Origin: an uncultured delta proteobacterium
Lineage (GTDB): Bacteria; Desulfobacterota; Binatia; UBA9968
Length of the DNA: 64,000 nt
Assembly (NCBI GenBank): GCA_963745835.1
Contig: CAVUZH010000003.1
Span: 160,001 to 224,000 of the forward strand
Reading direction: 5' to 3'
This document shows positions 60,267 through 64,000 of this stretch, piece after piece (the stretch's first letter is position 1; the number at the start of each line of letters is the position of its first letter). Under the pieces are notes generated by a model, which saw only the letters and a program-made list of their open reading frames with translations, made no database searches and was not told the origin of the DNA. The position numbers and the translations under genes are program-made.

Positions 60267-61167
60267 CGATGTCCGACTCAAATTCGGCGCTGGCGCCAAA
60301 TCAAATCGTCGACTTCGGACAACCCAAAAATCTGGACGCGGGAAGAAACGAGAGCTTCAAGGCAGAGTGCGTTGGCAATTTCTAACCGCGCTAAGGCTAT
60401 CGTTCATCGCGATATAGGAGCGGACCAAACTCGATGGCCAAGGATATTCATCGTTACCGGCCGTGAGCAGTACGATAGCCATTTCCGGGACATCCTATCG
60501 ACTATCGCTGGGGATGGTTTTAGACGAAAGGCTGAAGGCGCTACAGATCGGATAGTGGCTGCAAGCTTGCCGGGTCACGATGAGTAGCACGATAAGGAAT
60601 CATCTAAGTTCTGCAATCTGAGCGCATTGCGGTGATCAGACTTGATCAGTTGTGGAGATCGCTCGGTACGGCGAAATCGACGTTCTAGCGAAACCTTCAT
60701 GTTTACGCCTGGCAGCAAATCGCCTTATCAGTGCAAGGAGATAGCCCAAGTTACCGGTTTTAACGTCGAATTCGAGCGGCAATACAGGATTCGATAGCAT
60801 GTCGGAAGAACAGCTGAGGTCGGCACGAGTACAACCCTTTCCTGATTTGCGCGATAACTGCGGCTCAGACTCGTTACGATCCCGCCATTCAACATTACCA
60901 CTGCGTTGTCGATGATGCGTGCTTTGATAGAACCTATCGAACATGCAAGACTGTCAGGATGATCAATCGGATAGGTTTAGTCCTGTAAAGTATCGACATG
61001 CTGCACCGAAGTATGCATGCTGACAGCTTTGTTGCGATCTTTCTTGGGACTCAAGACCCGGTGTCTGACTCGTGTAGCGTTAGATGGTGCTCGCAGTAGG
61101 CTTTTAAGGTCAAATCTAGTAAGTCTCTGTAACGAGATTCACGATCGGTGTTGATTTCCGCTCCTCC

Positions 61168-61777
61168 ATGAGTTTTTGGTTGAACACTTTCATTCCGCGG
61201 GACATTTTTGGCGCGTACAACTATGTTGCGTGAAGGCGAGTACAGGGGGTTAACGGTTTTGAGTGCAGCACCTTGCTATCTGACCGACCAACGTAATTTC
61301 AGTAATGATCTACGCGCCTCGTCGCGCATGCACTCCTTGGTCAAAGTTGATCTCACAGCTTCGGAGCCCGTTTTAACCCAGCACCACAGATGCGACGATC
61401 TCATTGAATGCGATCCGGTCAGCGGAGAAGTGCTACAACAAGCGGCGCGGTAGCACGTCAAAGATGAACATTCTCTTTGCTGGCGACTACGCCGACTATC
61501 CTGATCCAGATGGACTGTAGATATGGCGATTCGATACTCCCGCGCCGGTCATGGAATCGGCGAGATTGAGTATAAAGGAACAATCGAAATCGATCCCACG
61601 GCGCGCAGCATCGACATCGATCTAATGATTTGTTTGTTCCCCGCCTTTGAAGGATATGCGGCGATCGACGACGGAACCGGGACCGTTCTGTTCCGGCACG
61701 CACCTCCCGCTGGAATACTGAGCTCTTGGACCGCCGCGAGGGGCGAACCGCCGCATCCGGTCACGATTGGACGATGA
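61168..61777 (+). pseudogene. Multiply frameshifted gene, tentatively DUF3238-like
   Basis: Pieces in changing frames: MSFWLNTFIPRDI / CYLTDQRNFSNDLRASSRMHS / FPAFEGYA; family assignment from memory only. Confidence 0.45.
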
Positions 61778-61798
61778 ATCTTTCAGCCAGATCAAACG

Positions 61799-63381
61799 AT
61801 GAGCAGTCAACTAACAGCGTATGACAGCGTGCCGTATTCAGGGCATGCGCTGGCGCAAGCCCATCCTGACCGGCTGGCGACGATCGCGACGCTCTTCGGA
61901 ATGAAACCTGCGCCGATTACTCGCGCTCGCGTGCTCGAGCTCGGCTGCGGTGACGGACTCAATCTGACTTCGGTCGCGTTGAGCTTGCCGGAAGCGGAAT
62001 GTGTCGGCATCGATCTGGCCGCGGCAGGAATCCTGCAAGGGGCAGGAGCGCGCGCGGGCGCTTGGTCTTAAAAATCTGGAGCTTCGGCAACTCGACATCA
62101 TGGACGTCGGTGAGAGTCTGGGCCGCTTCGATTTCATCATTGCCCATGGAATCTATTCATGGGTTCCGGAGAAGGTGCGCGATAAGCTCCTGGCGATTTG
62201 CAAGCAGAACCTGGCGGAGAATGGCGTGGCTTACGTGAGCTACAACACCTATCCGGGCGGCCACATGAGGGATATGGCCCGCGAGATGATGCGCTTTCAC
62301 GTAAGCGAGTTTAACGATCCCCAGCAGCGCGTCACTCAGGCTCGCTCTCTGATCAAATTCATCATAGATGCTGGCAGCGAGCCCGATCTCTATCGCATGG
62401 TTCTGCAAAAAGAGCTGGATCGCATCACAGCATTTGCCGATAGCTCGCTCTTCCATGACGACTTATCCGAGTACAACGCGCCAGTTTATTTTTATCAGTT
62501 CGTTGAACACGCTGGGCGTCATGGCTTGAAGTATCTGTCTGAGGCGCACTTTTTTGAGATTCAGACAGGTATTTTCCCCGCCAGAGTAGTGGAAGTGCTA
62601 AACCGCATCTCGGACAGCGCTATCGCCAAAGAGCAATACTTGGATTTCCTGAAGTGCCGCCGCTTCCGGCAGACGTTGCTATGCCATGATGACCAGCCGT
62701 TAGACGATGACCCACGGCCGGAGAAGGTGAATTCATTTTACATCGCCTCGCCTACTCGGCCCGCTGATGCGAACGCTCGACTCGACTCTCGCGAGCAGTT
62801 AACGTTTGCCGGGCCCAAGAACTCATCGCTCCAAACCGATAATCCATTGATCAAAGTAGCAATTTCGGCATTGGGCAAAGCCTGGCCGAAAGCGATCCAT
62901 TTTCAGGAGCTGCTCGCTCAAGCACGAGGATCATGCGAGAGAGGATCTTCATGCGCGACTGCCAACGCTGACGACGATGCACGAACGCTCGGCGAGTTAC
63001 TGTTGAGAGCGTACGCCGGCGGCATTGTCGAATTCAGTCTTGTTCCGCCTCAACTCGTGACAAGTGCAAGTGAAAAACCGAAGGTAAGCGCACTGGCGCG
63101 TCTGCAGAGCCTAGAGGGCACCGAGGTTGTAAACCAGCGTCACTTCAATCTCCGAGTAGAAGATTCGTTAACGCGGCTGCTGCTGCAGTTGTTGGACGGC
63201 AGTCGCGACCGCGATGCATTGCTCGATGATTTAGTGACGCTGGTAAGATCCGGACGCCGCAGCCGTTGAAACAGAGAACGGCGCGATCACCAAGAGTGCC
63301 GAAGAAGTCCGGGGCTTCCTTGCCGCCGAATTGGAAAGAAAACTTGCTGAGCTGGCCGAAATGGGTCTGCTTGTTGCCTAA
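61799..63381 (+). CDS. Class I SAM methyltransferase with methyltransferase regulatory domain (PKMT-like), two +1 frameshifts near 62031 and 63254
   Basis: YD.VPY...HPDRL, VLELGCGDG, HGIYSWVP, SYNTYPG and EQYLDFL..RRFRQTLL motifs; C-terminus ELAEMGLLVA* in a third frame; span 1583 nt = 3n+2. Confidence 0.8.
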
Positions 63382-63405
63382 TTTATCGGATAAAAGCTGA
63401 ACCGA

Positions 63406-64000
63406 ATGATGCCATCCGACGAAGACACTTCCGCAAAAACAATAAACGTCAAGGTCGAGCTTGCGGGACCCGATTGGCAGCTACAGACAACCATGTCTGT
63501 TCCGACGGAGCCTATTGGCTGAAAGAAATGCTGCCGCTGTTTTTTTCGTTTGCCGATGCCGTGATGAGCACAGCGGCCAACGGCGTAGAACAAACTGGAG
63601 AAAAAATTTCTTGCAAGAAAGGATGCGGCGCCTGTTGCCGGCAACTGGTGCCGATCTCCGAGACCGAGGCGCACTGGATTGGGGAGCTGGTAGATCGTTT
63701 ACCTATTCAAAAGCAAAATGAAATTCGGGACCGCTTCGCCGAGGCCCGGCGCCGGCTCGCCGAAACCGGTTTACTGGAAAAGCTGCTCCATCGCGAAAGT
63801 TGGGCCGAAGGCGAGGGATGGTCCATTGCGATGTCCTATTTTCGTTTGGGGATTGCCTGCCCATTTCTCGAAAACGAAGCCTGCTCTATTCATCCAGACC
63901 GTCCTATCAAATGCCGGGAGTATTTGGTGACCTCGCCGGCCGAGCACTGCCGCGCAGCCCACCGCGGAGAAGATAAGGCCTGGTCGAATTGCCGTTTCAG
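63406..64000 (+). CDS. YkgJ/CxxCxxCC cysteine-cluster protein, frameshifted near 63516, runs off the window
   Basis: Manual translation gives ISCKKGCGACCRQLV...CPFLENEACSIHPDRPIKCREY. Confidence 0.8.

Noticed and set aside
60636-60944. 102-aa minus-strand ORF after hcp as an effector or immunity gene
   Set aside because: No recognisable motif, RBS or signal peptide; composition not persuasive
1-64000. CRISPR arrays, tRNA/rRNA, integrase or transposase
   Set aside because: No regularly spaced repeats, RNA gene signatures or recombinase motifs seen by eye; a covariance-model scan was not possible

Overview
The window is bacterial DNA with two parts. (1) Positions ~278-44777 form a ~44.5 kb catabolic/transport cluster, all on the + strand and headed by an IclR regulator. 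It has four intact SDRs plus one decayed SDR, three xanthine-dehydrogenase-family Mo-enzyme large subunits with two FAD and two 2Fe-2S subunits, two UbiD decarboxylases and a Rieske oxygenase. It also has two single-Cys Asp/Glu-racemase-fold proteins, two amidohydrolases, a ComDE-like ThDP pair, a GGT-like Ntn hydrolase, three DUF3891 (HD-like) paralogs, seven SsuA/NMT1-type binding proteins with only one ABC permease/ATPase, and a TctABC transporter. (2) Positions ~45420-60266 hold a partial type VI secretion locus in two divergent arms: Ser/Thr kinase-tagJ-tssL-PP2C on the - strand, and an unusual FHA-TssM fusion followed by tssK, tssA, tssB, tssC and hcp on the + strand. Three frameshifted genes follow (DUF3238-like, SAM methyltransferase, CxxCxxCC protein). 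Several single-base frameshifts look like sequencing errors. I found two MITE-like elements but no rRNA, tRNA, CRISPR array or transposase. The gene content recalls Binatota-like/deltaproteobacterial genomes (inference only). All family calls come from motif recognition by eye; no database search was run.
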